Below are positions 28,676-38,929 of a DNA stretch of 64,000 nt, in pieces; the stretch's first letter is position 1, and every line of letters starts with the position of its first letter. Source of the stretch: Chloroflexota bacterium (lineage in GTDB: Bacteria > Chloroflexota > Dehalococcoidia > GIF9 > UBA5629). The DNA is taken from the NCBI GenBank assembly GCA_037443085.1, contig JBBIPA010000002.1:79658-143657 (forward strand), read 5' to 3'. The notes under the pieces were generated by a model that saw only the letters and a list, made by a program, of their open reading frames with translations, did not search any database and was not told where the DNA came from. A program made the translations under genes and the position numbers.

Positions 28676-29824
28676 TTACGTGGGAATTTTAAGGGTGCCG
28701 TTCTCCTCCACTAAATCAAACCACCATTTCATTTTCTTGTCCGGTTTACCGTATCCCCAGACATCATCCATTTTGACAATGAGGCTATTCAATGCGGGAG
28801 CATGCTGAATGAGCCAGCGCACGGTATCGTGAATCCCTCCCTGCGGCTTGTTCCAGGGGCAGACCTTGATGCATACTCCACAGCTGGAGCCTTTCTGGTT
28901 GGTAACTCTAAATTTAGTGCAGCGCTCCACATCGAGCTTCCACACCTCGTAGCCATTGTAAACGACCTTATCGCCGGTCGAAATTGCTTTCGAGGGACAT
29001 TTATAGGCACACTTCAGGCATTTCTTGCAGAAGTTCTGGAGGCCGAAGTCGATTGGTTTATCTGGAACCAGGGGCAGGTCGGTAGTGACCACTGCTCCCT
29101 TAAACCGGGTGCCCAGGAAGGGGTTGAGAGCAGCATCACCCAGGCGGCATATCTCGCCCAGTCCTGACAGCACTACTAAAGGAGGCAAAATAACCTGGTA
29201 GTGACGGGCATGGTGAGCCCGTGCTGGATAGCCCAGCTTCCGTATGTAGTCTGCTACCGTGCAGGCGATAAAAGCAGTGGTGGAGTAGCTCATATAGCTC
29301 TGTGACCCGGAAATCCAGTCACGTCCGTTGGAGCCGAGCATGGTGCTGTAATCCTGGTCAACTATGATGACGATGGCATACTGGTGATTGAGCTCAATGG
29401 GCTTGCCATCTCTGGCATGCGTATACACAGCGTACTGAGGCAACTGGCAAATTCCGACCATATCCGCCCGGAGAAAGTAGCACAGACACTTGATATGACG
29501 GCTCAGCATTTCGGGGTCATCGGGAATCGGTGCTTTCTGTGCCGCTACCGGCCCGTCAATGACAGGGCTGAGGTAAGCACACATATTACGCAGGGCAGCG
29601 CCTAAAGGATGCTTCAGCACAAACCGGTCGCCTTCCCGTTTTGCTAGGGTGCCAAAGTCACCACGAATTGCCCGATTAAATCCAGTTTCCCGTTCATCCG
29701 TTCTCTGAATCGGTCCAACGATTCGGGTAGTAATCTGGTCCACCCGTCTCAGCTTTTCCAGTAGAAAGGGGCCTAGCTGCGTTTCCCCGGAGAGGATTTC
29801 GGGATAATCTGCTCGGTTTTTCAT
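28676..29824 (-). CDS. reductive-dehalogenase-family (RdhA/QueG superfamily) corrinoid/FeS protein, cytoplasmic type
   Basis: 382 aa; FCKKCLKCAYKCP and C-x13-CGVCIKVCPWN motifs; RdhA-like middle region (DPEMLSRHIKCLCYFLRADMVGIC); no Tat signal; no adjacent rdhB. Confidence 0.7.
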   Translation of the reverse strand: MKNRADYPEILSGETQLGPFLLEKLRRVDQITTRIVGPIQRTDERETGFNRAIRGDFGTLAKREGDRFVLKHPLGAALRNMCAYLSPVIDGPVAAQKAPIPDDPEMLSRHIKCLCYFLRADMVGICQLPQYAVYTHARDGKPIELNHQYAIVIIVDQDYSTMLGSNGRDWISGSQSYMSYSTTAFIACTVADYIRKLGYPARAHHARHYQVILPPLVVLSGLGEICRLGDAALNPFLGTRFKGAVVTTDLPLVPDKPIDFGLQNFCKKCLKCAYKCPSKAISTGDKVVYNGYEVWKLDVERCTKFRVTNQKGSSCGVCIKVCPWNKPQGGIHDTVRWLIQHAPALNSLIVKMDDVWGYGKPDKKMKWWFDLVEENGTLKIPT

Positions 29825-29942
29825 GAGGCTCTCCTTGGTTTGTGTGCCAGAGATTATATCTCAAAACACATTCAAAAGATAGAGAGCGCCCGTTTCTGCT
29901 GGGAACGCTGTTTCTAATCACGTGGTTGACACCAGCACAGGC

Positions 29943-29971
29943 TTGGATACCTTGACCTCATGAGCTATAAT
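29943..29971 (+). promoter_or_regulatory. candidate sigma70-type promoter for pyrF (TTGGAT, 17 nt, TATAAT)
   Basis: perfect -10 TATAAT at 29966-29971 overlaps ATG 29970; second ATG 29979 lies about 7 nt downstream. Confidence 0.35.
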
Positions 29972-30785
29972 GCAGGCTATGAAATTCGTGGATAAGCTGC
30001 TGGCTGTCAGCCGCAACAATAAAAGCCTGCTGTGCATAGGTCTGGACCCCGACGCAGTCCTGATGCCCAAGGTGAGCATTGCAGAGTTCAACAAGGCTAT
30101 CGTGGCTGCTACCAGCGAGCTGGTGTGCGCCTATAAGCCGAACCTCGCCTTCTATGAAGCACTGGGCATAGAAGGGCTGGAAGCGCTGCGGGAGACCATT
30201 GAATGTATACCCGACCATATCCCCATCATCGGCGATGCCAAACGCGGTGACATCGGCAACACCGCCAAAGCCTATGCCAGGAGCCTGTTTGAAAGCTTCG
30301 GCTTTGATGCTGCCACCGTCAACCCCTATCTCGGTTCTGATTCTATCGAACCATTCCTAAAGTACGAGGATAAGGGAGTGTTCATCCTGTGCCGCACCTC
30401 GAATCCGGGGTCCATGGATTTCCAAAATATAGTCGATGCCAGCGGCAAGCCGCTGTACGAGATAGTGGCGGGAAAAGCCCGGGAATGGAATGCGAAGGGC
30501 AATATCGGGCTGGTGGTCGGCGCCACCTATCCTCAGGAGTTGCAGAAAATCCGCCGGATATGCCCCGATATGCCGCTGCTGATACCGGGCGTCGGCGCAC
30601 AGGGAGGCGACCTGGCGCTGGCGGTGAAAGACGGCGTTGATGCTCATGGCGAGAAGGCTATTATCAATGTCTCGCGGCAGGTGCTCTACGCTTCGGCTGG
30701 CAAAGATTTTGCCGAGGCCGCCTGGCAGGTTGCCCGGGAGCTGCGCGACCGCATTAACTACGTTGTCGACCAGATAAAGGGCTAA
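29970..30785 (+). CDS. pyrF: orotidine 5'-phosphate decarboxylase (type 2); possible true start ATG 29979
   Basis: 271 aa; LCIGLDPD and IIGDAKRGDIGNT motifs. Confidence 0.9.
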   Translation: MQAMKFVDKLLAVSRNNKSLLCIGLDPDAVLMPKVSIAEFNKAIVAATSELVCAYKPNLAFYEALGIEGLEALRETIECIPDHIPIIGDAKRGDIGNTAKAYARSLFESFGFDAATVNPYLGSDSIEPFLKYEDKGVFILCRTSNPGSMDFQNIVDASGKPLYEIVAGKAREWNAKGNIGLVVGATYPQELQKIRRICPDMPLLIPGVGAQGGDLALAVKDGVDAHGEKAIINVSRQVLYASAGKDFAEAAWQVARELRDRINYVVDQIKG

Positions 30786-30796
30786 GTAACAGTATC

Positions 30797-31012
30797 ATGG
30801 ATATCAAGCCTGGCGATGTGGTTCGCCTGCGTAAACAGCATCCCTGCGGCAGCGCGGAATGGGAGGTAATCAGCGTCGGCATCGACATCAGGGTAAGATG
30901 CCTCGGCTGTCAGCGATATGTCCTCATGGACAGGTTTGTGCTGGAGCGCAAGATAAAGGCGGTGGTCTCCAGGAGCAGCCCGGCAAGCGATGGCGATAAA
31001 TCCTCTGCATAA
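30797..31012 (+). CDS. DUF951-family small protein
   Basis: 71 aa; PGDVVRLRKQHPCGSAEWEVISVGIDIRVRCLGCQRYV matches DUF951 pattern. Confidence 0.65.
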   Translation: MDIKPGDVVRLRKQHPCGSAEWEVISVGIDIRVRCLGCQRYVLMDRFVLERKIKAVVSRSSPASDGDKSSA

Positions 31013-31059
31013 ACCAGTGGTGCTTCGCTATGAGTAGGTAGAGCATCTTAGGAACTAAT

Positions 31060-32277
31060 ATGATTCGTGGTGTTCTCCATATCGACCTTGACGCCTTTTT
31101 CGTTTCGGTGGAGCAGGCGTTGACCCCTGAGCTCAAGGGCAAACCGGTTATCGTTGGGGGGCAGCCGGACCGCCGTGGTGTGGTGGCTTCGGCTTCGTAT
31201 GAAGCGCGCGCCTTCGGCGTACGCTCTGCCATGCCGCTGGCCAAAGCCTATCGACTCTGTCCGCAGGCTATTTTCCTGCAGGGTAACTTCTCCCGCTATC
31301 AGGAAGCATCGGATAAATTCATGGCAATCCTGGCTGACTTTTCCCCTTACCTGGAGCCGGGAGGGCTGGAGGAAGCCTATCTGGACGTTACCGGCTGTGA
31401 TATTTACGGTTCGCCGCGGCAAATCGCTTTAACCATAAAAGAACGCGTCAGGAAAGAGCTTGACCTCATCGCCTCAATAGGCATTGCCAGTTGCAAAGTG
31501 GTGGCGAAAATCGCCTCTGATATGAGCAAGCCGGACGGCTTGCTCGAAGTGCCGGCAGGACAGGAGAAGCAATTCCTGGCGCCACTGCCTATCAGCAAGC
31601 TGCCCGGCGTTGGTCCTAAAACCGAGCAGTCATTGAAAGCTGTGGGCATCACCACCATAGGACAGCTTGCCGCTTTACCTCCGAATTCCGCCAGGAGGCT
31701 TCTCGGCGATTCAGGTATGGCGCTGTATCGCCACGCCAATGGCATAGACAACCGGAAGGTAGAAGTGCGCGGTGAAGTGAAATCCATCAGCCGCGAAACC
31801 ACATTCGCCGAGGATACCCTGGACCGCCGCGTGCTTCATGCCATCCTGCGTTATCTCTGCGAGCGCGTCGGCGCGGAGCTGCGGCAACAGAATAAGCAGG
31901 CGAAAAGCGTGTCTCTGAAGCTGAGATATGCCGATTTCGACACCATTAACCGCAGCCATAGCACTAAAGAAGCCTTCGACTCCGACAATATCATCTTTGA
32001 CACCGCTGTGCACTTGCTGGATAAGGCTCTGGCGGGGAAGCAGAAACTGGTGCGGCTGATTGGTGTCGAGGTGGCAAACCTGGTCAGTGACGCCAAGCAG
32101 CTTTATCTGTTCGATTACCGGGCACAGCGCCAGGAGCGTTTAGACAAAGCCATCGACCGCATCCGCAACAAGTATGGATTCAGCTCCATCCAGACGGGAC
32201 GTACCCTGGCTCTCAAAGATATATTTGAATCCGATAAGAAAGGCTATTCGCTGCATACGCCGTCGCTGTCGCGATGA
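31060..32277 (+). CDS. dinB: DNA polymerase IV (Y-family)
   Basis: 405 aa; N-terminal HIDLDAFFVSVE catalytic motif, little-finger C-terminus. Confidence 0.9.
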   Translation: MIRGVLHIDLDAFFVSVEQALTPELKGKPVIVGGQPDRRGVVASASYEARAFGVRSAMPLAKAYRLCPQAIFLQGNFSRYQEASDKFMAILADFSPYLEPGGLEEAYLDVTGCDIYGSPRQIALTIKERVRKELDLIASIGIASCKVVAKIASDMSKPDGLLEVPAGQEKQFLAPLPISKLPGVGPKTEQSLKAVGITTIGQLAALPPNSARRLLGDSGMALYRHANGIDNRKVEVRGEVKSISRETTFAEDTLDRRVLHAILRYLCERVGAELRQQNKQAKSVSLKLRYADFDTINRSHSTKEAFDSDNIIFDTAVHLLDKALAGKQKLVRLIGVEVANLVSDAKQLYLFDYRAQRQERLDKAIDRIRNKYGFSSIQTGRTLALKDIFESDKKGYSLHTPSLSR

Positions 32278-32426
32278 ACTAATAGCTTCCCTGCAGGCGC
32301 AAAACATTATTAGCTTAACACTGGATTGTAACATTAGTTCTATCGTGTTTGGGTAATTTGGACTAATATTAGATTAATGAAAGCGATTTACTCGCAACGC
32401 CGTGAAATACGCCAGGAGGTAAAGTA

Positions 32427-32783
32427 ATGAACAAGAACATAAAGACAGCGGTCATCGTCGGCAGCATCGCCATCTTCATCCTGTTTGTGGTGCCAGCTAT
32501 CTGGGGAGCCGTAGCAGGTTGGAATGGTAGGAGCTGGGGTATGATGGGGCCGGGGATGATGGGTGGTTTTGGTTTTGGCTGGTTCATGCCCATATTCATG
32601 ATTATTTTCTGGGGTCTGATCATCTGGGGCATTGTGGCTTTGATACGTGGCCTGACATCTTCGGGAGGTTCCGGTGCATCAGGAGAGGCTGATTCTGCGC
32701 TGGAAATACTGAAGAGACGATATGCCCGTGGTGAAATCAGCAAGCAGGAATTCGAAGAGAGGAAGAAAGACCTGACAGAATAG
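32427..32783 (+). CDS. SHOCT-domain membrane protein
   Basis: two TM segments plus C-terminal LEILKRRYARGEISKQEFEERKKDL (SHOCT). Confidence 0.65.
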   Translation: MNKNIKTAVIVGSIAIFILFVVPAIWGAVAGWNGRSWGMMGPGMMGGFGFGWFMPIFMIIFWGLIIWGIVALIRGLTSSGGSGASGEADSALEILKRRYARGEISKQEFEERKKDLTE

Positions 32784-32811
32784 TAATAAGCGGCTGAGAG
32801 GCTAAAGAGCG

Positions 32812-33963
32812 ATGTTCCGTACCAATCAACCGATTTACCTGGACTATAATGCTACCACCCCCATCGACCCTCACGTTAGGGAGGCGATGCAGCCCTTTTT
32901 AGGGGAACACTTTGGCAATCCCTCCACCACCTATATCTATGGGTTACAGGCTCGGCATGCCCTGGAACATGCCAGGGGACAGGTGGCAGCTCTCGTTAAT
33001 GCTGCCCCCGACGAGATAGTGTTCACCAGCGGCGGGAGCGAGAGCGACAATCATGCCATCATCGGTGTGGCGCTGGCTAATATGCCAAGAGGCAAACATA
33101 TCATTACCTCTGGCATCGAACATCCTGCCGTCCTCAATGCCTGCCGTTATCTGGAACAGAGGCTGGGCTTCACCATTACCTATATCCCGGTGGACCAATA
33201 TGGGCTGGTGAATCCGGATGTGGTTCGCAGTGCTATCGGCAAAGATACCATACTCATTACTATAATGCATGCCAACAACGAGGTGGGCACAATTGAGCCT
33301 GTCGAAAAAATCGGTGAGATAGCTAGAGAGCATGGTATCCTGTTTCATACCGATGCCGCCCAGTCCTGTGGCAAAGTTACTGTAGATGTGAAACGACTGA
33401 ACGTAGATTTGCTGACCATAGCCGGCCACAAGCTTTATGCACCCAAGGGCATCGGGGTGCTTTTTATCAGCAAGGGAACTACTATCGACCCCTTTGTGCA
33501 TGGTGCCGGGCAAGAAAAAAGCAGGAGAGCCGGTACGGAGAACATGCCCTATATTGTGGGGCTAGGTGCTGCCTGCGAGATGGCTCAAAAATCCCTGCCC
33601 TATTTTGAGAACAGGGTTAAGCAGCTAAGGGACAGGCTGCATACCAAACTCGAGCTGGGACTGGTGAAAGTTCATCTCAATGGACATCCTGAGTACAGGC
33701 TGCCCAATACTCTTAATGTCAGTATAGAGGGAGTAATCGGAGAAGAGCTGCTCAGCCTGGTTCCGGAGATAGCTGCCTCCGCTGGCGCTGCCTGTCATGC
33801 CGGCTCCACGGAACCGTCCCAAGTGCTGCTGGAGATGGGTATCAGCCGCGATCTGGCTCTGGGTGCGCTGCGGCTATCCCTGGGACGCTGGACAACAGAG
33901 AAGGAGATTGACACTGCCAGCGAGCTTATCGTGCAGCGAGTCAAACAACTCCTGGAAATATAG
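32812..33963 (+). CDS. cysteine desulfurase (NifS/IscS, class V aminotransferase)
   Basis: 383 aa; SGGSESDN..., PLP-Lys region (HKLYAPKGIG), conserved Cys loop. Confidence 0.85.
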   Translation: MFRTNQPIYLDYNATTPIDPHVREAMQPFLGEHFGNPSTTYIYGLQARHALEHARGQVAALVNAAPDEIVFTSGGSESDNHAIIGVALANMPRGKHIITSGIEHPAVLNACRYLEQRLGFTITYIPVDQYGLVNPDVVRSAIGKDTILITIMHANNEVGTIEPVEKIGEIAREHGILFHTDAAQSCGKVTVDVKRLNVDLLTIAGHKLYAPKGIGVLFISKGTTIDPFVHGAGQEKSRRAGTENMPYIVGLGAACEMAQKSLPYFENRVKQLRDRLHTKLELGLVKVHLNGHPEYRLPNTLNVSIEGVIGEELLSLVPEIAASAGAACHAGSTEPSQVLLEMGISRDLALGALRLSLGRWTTEKEIDTASELIVQRVKQLLEI

Positions 33964-33998
33964 CACCATTGAGACAGGGAGCGTTGTTTACCTGGCGA

Positions 33999-34871
33999 CT
34001 ATTCTCCCAGTACCTTCTTAACTGTAAGACCTATATCAGCCGGTCCTTTAGCAATAGTGGCGCCGGCAGCTTCAAGCGCTGCCATCTTATCCCGGGCTGT
34101 ACCCGAACTGCCGCTGATGATGGCGCCGGCATGTCCCATTCGCTTTCCCGGGGGAGCTGTGGCGCCGGCGATGAAGGCAATCACCGGCTTGCTCATTTCC
34201 TCTTTGATGAACCTGGCAGCATCTTGCTCCATGGTGCCGCCAATCTCGCCGATAAGCACCACTGCCTCAGTGCCACGGTCTTTCTCGAATAGCTCCAGTA
34301 TATCGACAAAGGTGCTCCCCGGTAACGGGTCGCCGCCGATACCAACGCAGGTTGATTGCCCGATACCCAGTGAGGTGAGCTGAGCCACCGTCTCGTAGGT
34401 CAGAGTGCCGCTGCGAGAGACAACACCCACCGTGCCCGGCAGATGAATCTCTCCTGCCATCAGCCCTGCCCGGCATTTGCCCGGTGAAATGACACCAGAG
34501 CAATTGGGGCCGATGAACCGTGTCGACTTGCCTTTGAGATGCTCATGCACAATCACCATATCCTTGACCGGAATACCTTCAGTAATACAGATAACTATTG
34601 GAATACTGGCATCGACAGACTCCATAATAGAATCAGTAGCGAAGGGTGGTGGTACGAAAATCACGCTGGCATTAGCGCCGGTCTCTCTCACGGCACGCTC
34701 CACTGTATTGAACACTGGCACCCCCAATACATGGGTACCCCCTTTGCCTGGGGTAACGCCCGCTACCACATTAGTACCATATTCAATAGACCTCTGTGCA
34801 TGAAAAGTGCCTTCCCTGCCGGTGATGCCTGAAACCAGTAGCCGTGTTTTCTTATCGATTAAAATGCTCAT
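33999..34871 (-). CDS. sucD: succinyl-CoA synthetase alpha subunit
   Basis: 290 aa; CoA-binding and phosphohistidine loop (GHAGAII). Confidence 0.9.
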   Translation of the reverse strand: MSILIDKKTRLLVSGITGREGTFHAQRSIEYGTNVVAGVTPGKGGTHVLGVPVFNTVERAVRETGANASVIFVPPPFATDSIMESVDASIPIVICITEGIPVKDMVIVHEHLKGKSTRFIGPNCSGVISPGKCRAGLMAGEIHLPGTVGVVSRSGTLTYETVAQLTSLGIGQSTCVGIGGDPLPGSTFVDILELFEKDRGTEAVVLIGEIGGTMEQDAARFIKEEMSKPVIAFIAGATAPPGKRMGHAGAIISGSSGTARDKMAALEAAGATIAKGPADIGLTVKKVLGE

Positions 34872-36041
34872 CTAGTTTACTCCCCTCGCTGCAGCCACTG
34901 CCCTGCGTGCTGCATCAAAGAAATCATTCGCCTCGATAAAGGGTATGCCTGATTCGACCAGGATACGTTTACCCTCATTCGCATTTGTCCCCGCCAGCCT
35001 GATCACCAGAGGAACCTTGACGTTAATTTCCCTGTGAGCCTCCACGATGCCCTGGGCAACGACATCCACACGTGCTATACCACCAAATATGTTTATTAGA
35101 ATCGCCTTAACATCATGGTCAGCAGCAAAAACCTTGAAGGCATGGACCACGCGCTTGGGGACGTTCACCGTGCCGATGTCGAGGAAGTTTGCTGGCCTGC
35201 CACCAGCCTGGGTAATCAAATCCATAACTGCCATAGCCAGGCCAGCGCCGTTGACCAGACAACCGATATCGCCATCTGTCTTGATATAGTTGTTGATGCC
35301 TAGTTTCCTGGCTTTTGCTTCCAGCGGGTCTTCCTGGTCCAAGTCTTTGAGCTGCTCGATGTCGCTGTGACGGAAAAGGGCATTATCATCGAAGTTCAAC
35401 TTGGCATCAAGGGCTAACAACTCACCGGAGGCAGTTATCACCAGAGGGTTGATTTCAGCCAGGGAGCAATCCTTCTCCATGAACAAACGATAGAGGTTTG
35501 CCATGAGATTGGTAGCCTGTTTGAGCTGTGATGCTTCCAGATTTAGCCCATATGCCAGCTTGCGCCCACGGTAACCCTGGAAGCCGGTGCACACATCAAT
35601 ATAAACTTTCTTAATCTTATCCGGGCTAACCTTGGCCACCTCTTCAATATCCATACCGCCATTTTCGCTGGCCATCATCATGGGCATACGGCTGGCACTG
35701 TCAATCACCATACTTAAATAGAGCTCGCGCTTAACATCCACTGCCTTTTCCACCAGCACCTTGTGCACTGGCACACCCTCTTTGGTAGTCTGAGGAGTAA
35801 CCAGTCTGGTACCGATGAGCTGGCCGGTTAGTTGCTCTGCTTCTTTGGGCGAGTTGGCGATTTTAATGCCCCCTGCCTTGCCCCTGCCCCCAGCGTAGAC
35901 CTGTACTTTTATGACCACTTTGCCGCCGAGGTCTTCGGCAATATGCTTCGCCTCTGTCGGAGTGAAAGCCACTCCGCCTCTGGGTACGGGTATACCAAAC
36001 GAAGACACCAATGTCTTTGCCTGGTATTCGTGGATTTGCAC
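34872..36041 (-). CDS. sucC: succinyl-CoA synthetase beta subunit
   Basis: 389 aa ATP-grasp; abuts sucD. Confidence 0.9.
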   Translation of the reverse strand: MQIHEYQAKTLVSSFGIPVPRGGVAFTPTEAKHIAEDLGGKVVIKVQVYAGGRGKAGGIKIANSPKEAEQLTGQLIGTRLVTPQTTKEGVPVHKVLVEKAVDVKRELYLSMVIDSASRMPMMMASENGGMDIEEVAKVSPDKIKKVYIDVCTGFQGYRGRKLAYGLNLEASQLKQATNLMANLYRLFMEKDCSLAEINPLVITASGELLALDAKLNFDDNALFRHSDIEQLKDLDQEDPLEAKARKLGINNYIKTDGDIGCLVNGAGLAMAVMDLITQAGGRPANFLDIGTVNVPKRVVHAFKVFAADHDVKAILINIFGGIARVDVVAQGIVEAHREINVKVPLVIRLAGTNANEGKRILVESGIPFIEANDFFDAARRAVAAARGVN

Positions 36042-36113
36042 CTCTTTTCCTCCTTCGCTACATCGAAAGGCTTACAGGTGGTTGCTGCGCATAATGCTAT
36101 CGCCTGGTCACTC

Positions 36114-36202
36114 TGGCGGAGGGGGTGGGATTCGAACCCACGTTCGCTGAAAGCGAAAACGGTTTTCAAGACCGTCGCCATCGTCCACTCGGCCACCCCT
36201 CC
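36114..36202 (-). tRNA. tRNA-Ser (anticodon UGA), type II with long variable arm, CCA encoded
   Basis: rc reads GGAGGGGTGGCCGAGTGGAC...ACGGTCTTGAAAACCGT...TTTCGCTTTCAGCGAAC...GTGGGTTCGAATCCCACCCCCTCCGCCA. Confidence 0.9.
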
Positions 36203-36377
36203 AGAGCCACTCCAGTATATAAAAATTAGGCTACACTTGACAACTTATTAGACATATTTCGCATTTACACGTAGACATTAAAACGAAAATAGCCTAATAA
36301 GCAGATCTGGATAATGGCAAATTGAGGCAATCAGGCAAAGGAAAGACGAATTATGCTAGCAATAAACTAGCGCTTGA

Positions 36378-38243
36378 TTACTGCAGCAGATTGAGGATGC
36401 TCTCTATGGCAGCCTTGCTGGCGAATGGCTGGTTCTTTTCTATCTTCCTGATGATGCCGGTACTATCGAGAAAGAAGGTTTGAGGCCAACTGGTGATATT
36501 ATAGGTGGATTTCACTACCCCGTCGGAGTCAAGCAAGACCGGGAAGGTATAGCTATTGCTAGTTATATAAGCCTGCGCCTGCGCCTGCGCTGCTGCTGCA
36601 GTCTCCCCAGACCTGACCAAATGAACTGTAAGTACCACCAATGGCTTGGCAGAATATGTTGTGGAAACTGATTGAATATGCGGCATCTCGGTTTTACATG
36701 GGCCACAATCCCAGTGCCAGAAATTAATCATCACCAGCTTGCCTTTGAAGCTGCTTAATGTTACATCCGCACCCTGAAGGTTTTTCAATTTAATATCGGG
36801 AGCTCGATTACCCACCTGGGTACCTACGGGAGTAGTATCTGGCGGTTGCCCTTGTTTCCCAGGAACAAAAGTATAGTCCATTTCATAGATGCCTTTATTG
36901 CCGCTGGCATCCATCGATTCAATGGTAATATGGTATTTTGTATTGAGCTGGATTTTAAGTTTATCAAAAGCTAACACTATAAAATGGTTTTTGACCAAGG
37001 TGGCATCAGGTTCTGCATAAATACACAATTTATCTGGATCACACAGCATGATTTGGCTGGTTGCCTTCTCGTTAGTAGTCCATTCGATAGTGGCAGAGGA
37101 AGCAGTAACATCGGTGACATTTACCTCTGAAACTACCGGCGGAGTTTTATCCAGGGTAGGCGTCGTTGGCGTTGACGGCGGGGAGATTATCTGGCTGACC
37201 ACGAACATTACCATGGCAACGAGCACTGCGGCAACCACAAAAACGGCAGCCAGAAGCCCTATGGGGAAACCACCCCTGCGCTCCCCGCGATACGGCCGTT
37301 CCTTCTTCTCTTTGACCTTAGCTTTTCTTTCTCTTTCAGGATATTCCCCCTCTGCAACAGGAGAGCCTCCCATTTCCGGCGCATACGGTCCATACAAATC
37401 CCGAACCAGACCGCCTGATGAGGCAGTTTCCATTGATGGTGTCATCTGCCCCATTCCCATTGGCGTACCACTTCTTGCCTTCTCTGCCGCGCCGATATTG
37501 TAGCCCTGGGCGCCTGTATGGCGGCTGGGGCCGGAATAGTTGCCGCACTGACGACAAAACCGAGAATCGGCGGGCACAATAGCACCACAGAAGGGACAGG
37601 GACGTCCCACATCCTGCGGATGGGAGAGCTGCTGTTGACCGGCAAAGCTTTGCTGCCGGGGCGGTGGTCCGGTGACATATCCCTGAGATGTGCCGCCAGG
37701 CGGGTGCTGTTGTGGTATCTCATATGTTAGCGAACCAATATAGCCACAATTCTGGCAGCTTCCGGTACGGGGGTCAGCTCTGGCGCCACACCTGGGGCAG
37801 ACATATGCCAGCTTGGCATCATGCGTGCCTGGATATTGCTGCTGAACCGCATACTGCTGGCCTGCCGGTGCAAAATGCCCACCCGTTCCGGGAGCTTGAG
37901 CCGGTGCTGGCTGCTGTTCTCCTCGGGATTGCCCCCCACCAAGGATAAAGCCGCAGTTATGGCAACGCCCGTAGGAAACTATGGTTTTAACCTTGCACCT
38001 GGGGCAAATATTTTCCTTCACTTCAGGAATGCCCGGGGCATGATGAACTGCAGACTCTAATGAGAAACCTCTTGCTTGAGGTTTCCAGGTACGGTCTTCA
38101 AAGCCACAGTAACGACAAATTTTAGAATCGATAATATGCCCACTGGGACATGACCTGGTACCGCACTGGCTACAGACTACCTCGCTGGGCTGCTTGGGCG
38201 CTCGGCAGGCGGGACAAAAGGCGACCTTAGGTCCCAGCGGCAT
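36378..38243 (-). CDS. membrane protein: cytoplasmic multi-zinc-ribbon region, one TM, FN3 domain, C-terminal TlpA/ResA-like thioredoxin (WDCGPC)
   Basis: 621 aa; about six CxxC...CxxC ribbons and a Gln/Pro-rich region; positive-inside TM; FN3 signature VTASSATIEWTTNEKATSQI; KLVMINFWHWDCGPCKTEMP. Confidence 0.7.
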   Translation of the reverse strand: MPLGPKVAFCPACRAPKQPSEVVCSQCGTRSCPSGHIIDSKICRYCGFEDRTWKPQARGFSLESAVHHAPGIPEVKENICPRCKVKTIVSYGRCHNCGFILGGGQSRGEQQPAPAQAPGTGGHFAPAGQQYAVQQQYPGTHDAKLAYVCPRCGARADPRTGSCQNCGYIGSLTYEIPQQHPPGGTSQGYVTGPPPRQQSFAGQQQLSHPQDVGRPCPFCGAIVPADSRFCRQCGNYSGPSRHTGAQGYNIGAAEKARSGTPMGMGQMTPSMETASSGGLVRDLYGPYAPEMGGSPVAEGEYPERERKAKVKEKKERPYRGERRGGFPIGLLAAVFVVAAVLVAMVMFVVSQIISPPSTPTTPTLDKTPPVVSEVNVTDVTASSATIEWTTNEKATSQIMLCDPDKLCIYAEPDATLVKNHFIVLAFDKLKIQLNTKYHITIESMDASGNKGIYEMDYTFVPGKQGQPPDTTPVGTQVGNRAPDIKLKNLQGADVTLSSFKGKLVMINFWHWDCGPCKTEMPHIQSVSTTYSAKPLVVLTVHLVRSGETAAAAQAQAQAYITSNSYTFPVLLDSDGVVKSTYNITSWPQTFFLDSTGIIRKIEKNQPFASKAAIESILNLLQ

Positions 38244-38315
38244 GCTACCGTCCCTCCCTGATCAGACTACTCTGGTAAACCGCTATTGGTTTAGTCGTTT
38301 TCATTTTCCTCGATA

Positions 38316-38708
38316 CTACTGGTTACTATTATTAATTACTTTCGCTGATTGCATGATACATCCACAGGTGGTGCAAAATCCAGAAGCCAGGTCAACAATG
38401 GCACCACATTGAGTGCAGGGAACACCCAATCTAGCGCCGCAACCGGTGCAGAACCGCCTACCTGAACTGTCCTGCAACCCACATTGGGGGCAGTTGACCA
38501 CTTTGTTAGTAGCTTCAACCTTATGCTGTGCTTTGCCAAACCGGCCTGAGCCACAGAGCGCAGCACAATACGGGCAGAATCTGGAATCCGGGGGGACAAT
38601 CTTACTACACTGAGGACAGGACAAACCCAATCTGGTGCCGCAATTAATGCAGAAATTCAAGCCTTTGGCATTCAAGGAATTGCAATTAGTGCATTTAACT
38701 TCTTGCAT
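38316..38708 (-). CDS. multi-zinc-ribbon protein (four ribbons, 130 aa)
   Basis: CTNC...CINC, CPQC...CPYC, CPQC...CTGC, CTQC...CTTC. Confidence 0.6.
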   Translation of the reverse strand: MQEVKCTNCNSLNAKGLNFCINCGTRLGLSCPQCSKIVPPDSRFCPYCAALCGSGRFGKAQHKVEATNKVVNCPQCGLQDSSGRRFCTGCGARLGVPCTQCGAIVDLASGFCTTCGCIMQSAKVINNSNQ

Positions 38709-38929
38709 TGTACTAGCTATCGTACTTTGATACTTTCCCTCTCCCGATATTCATATCTCCGCTCTTTGTATTAGTATATACCATAATACCACATGACTGT
38801 ACTACAATAAATACAGGCAAAGCAAATTGGTCAACTATTTTATCAGACTCTTGACAACCTTAACTAAACTGTGGCATCAGTGCTTACTAATACAGAATGC
38901 TGAGAGGTGAAACTGGCAGCAGCGGTAGA

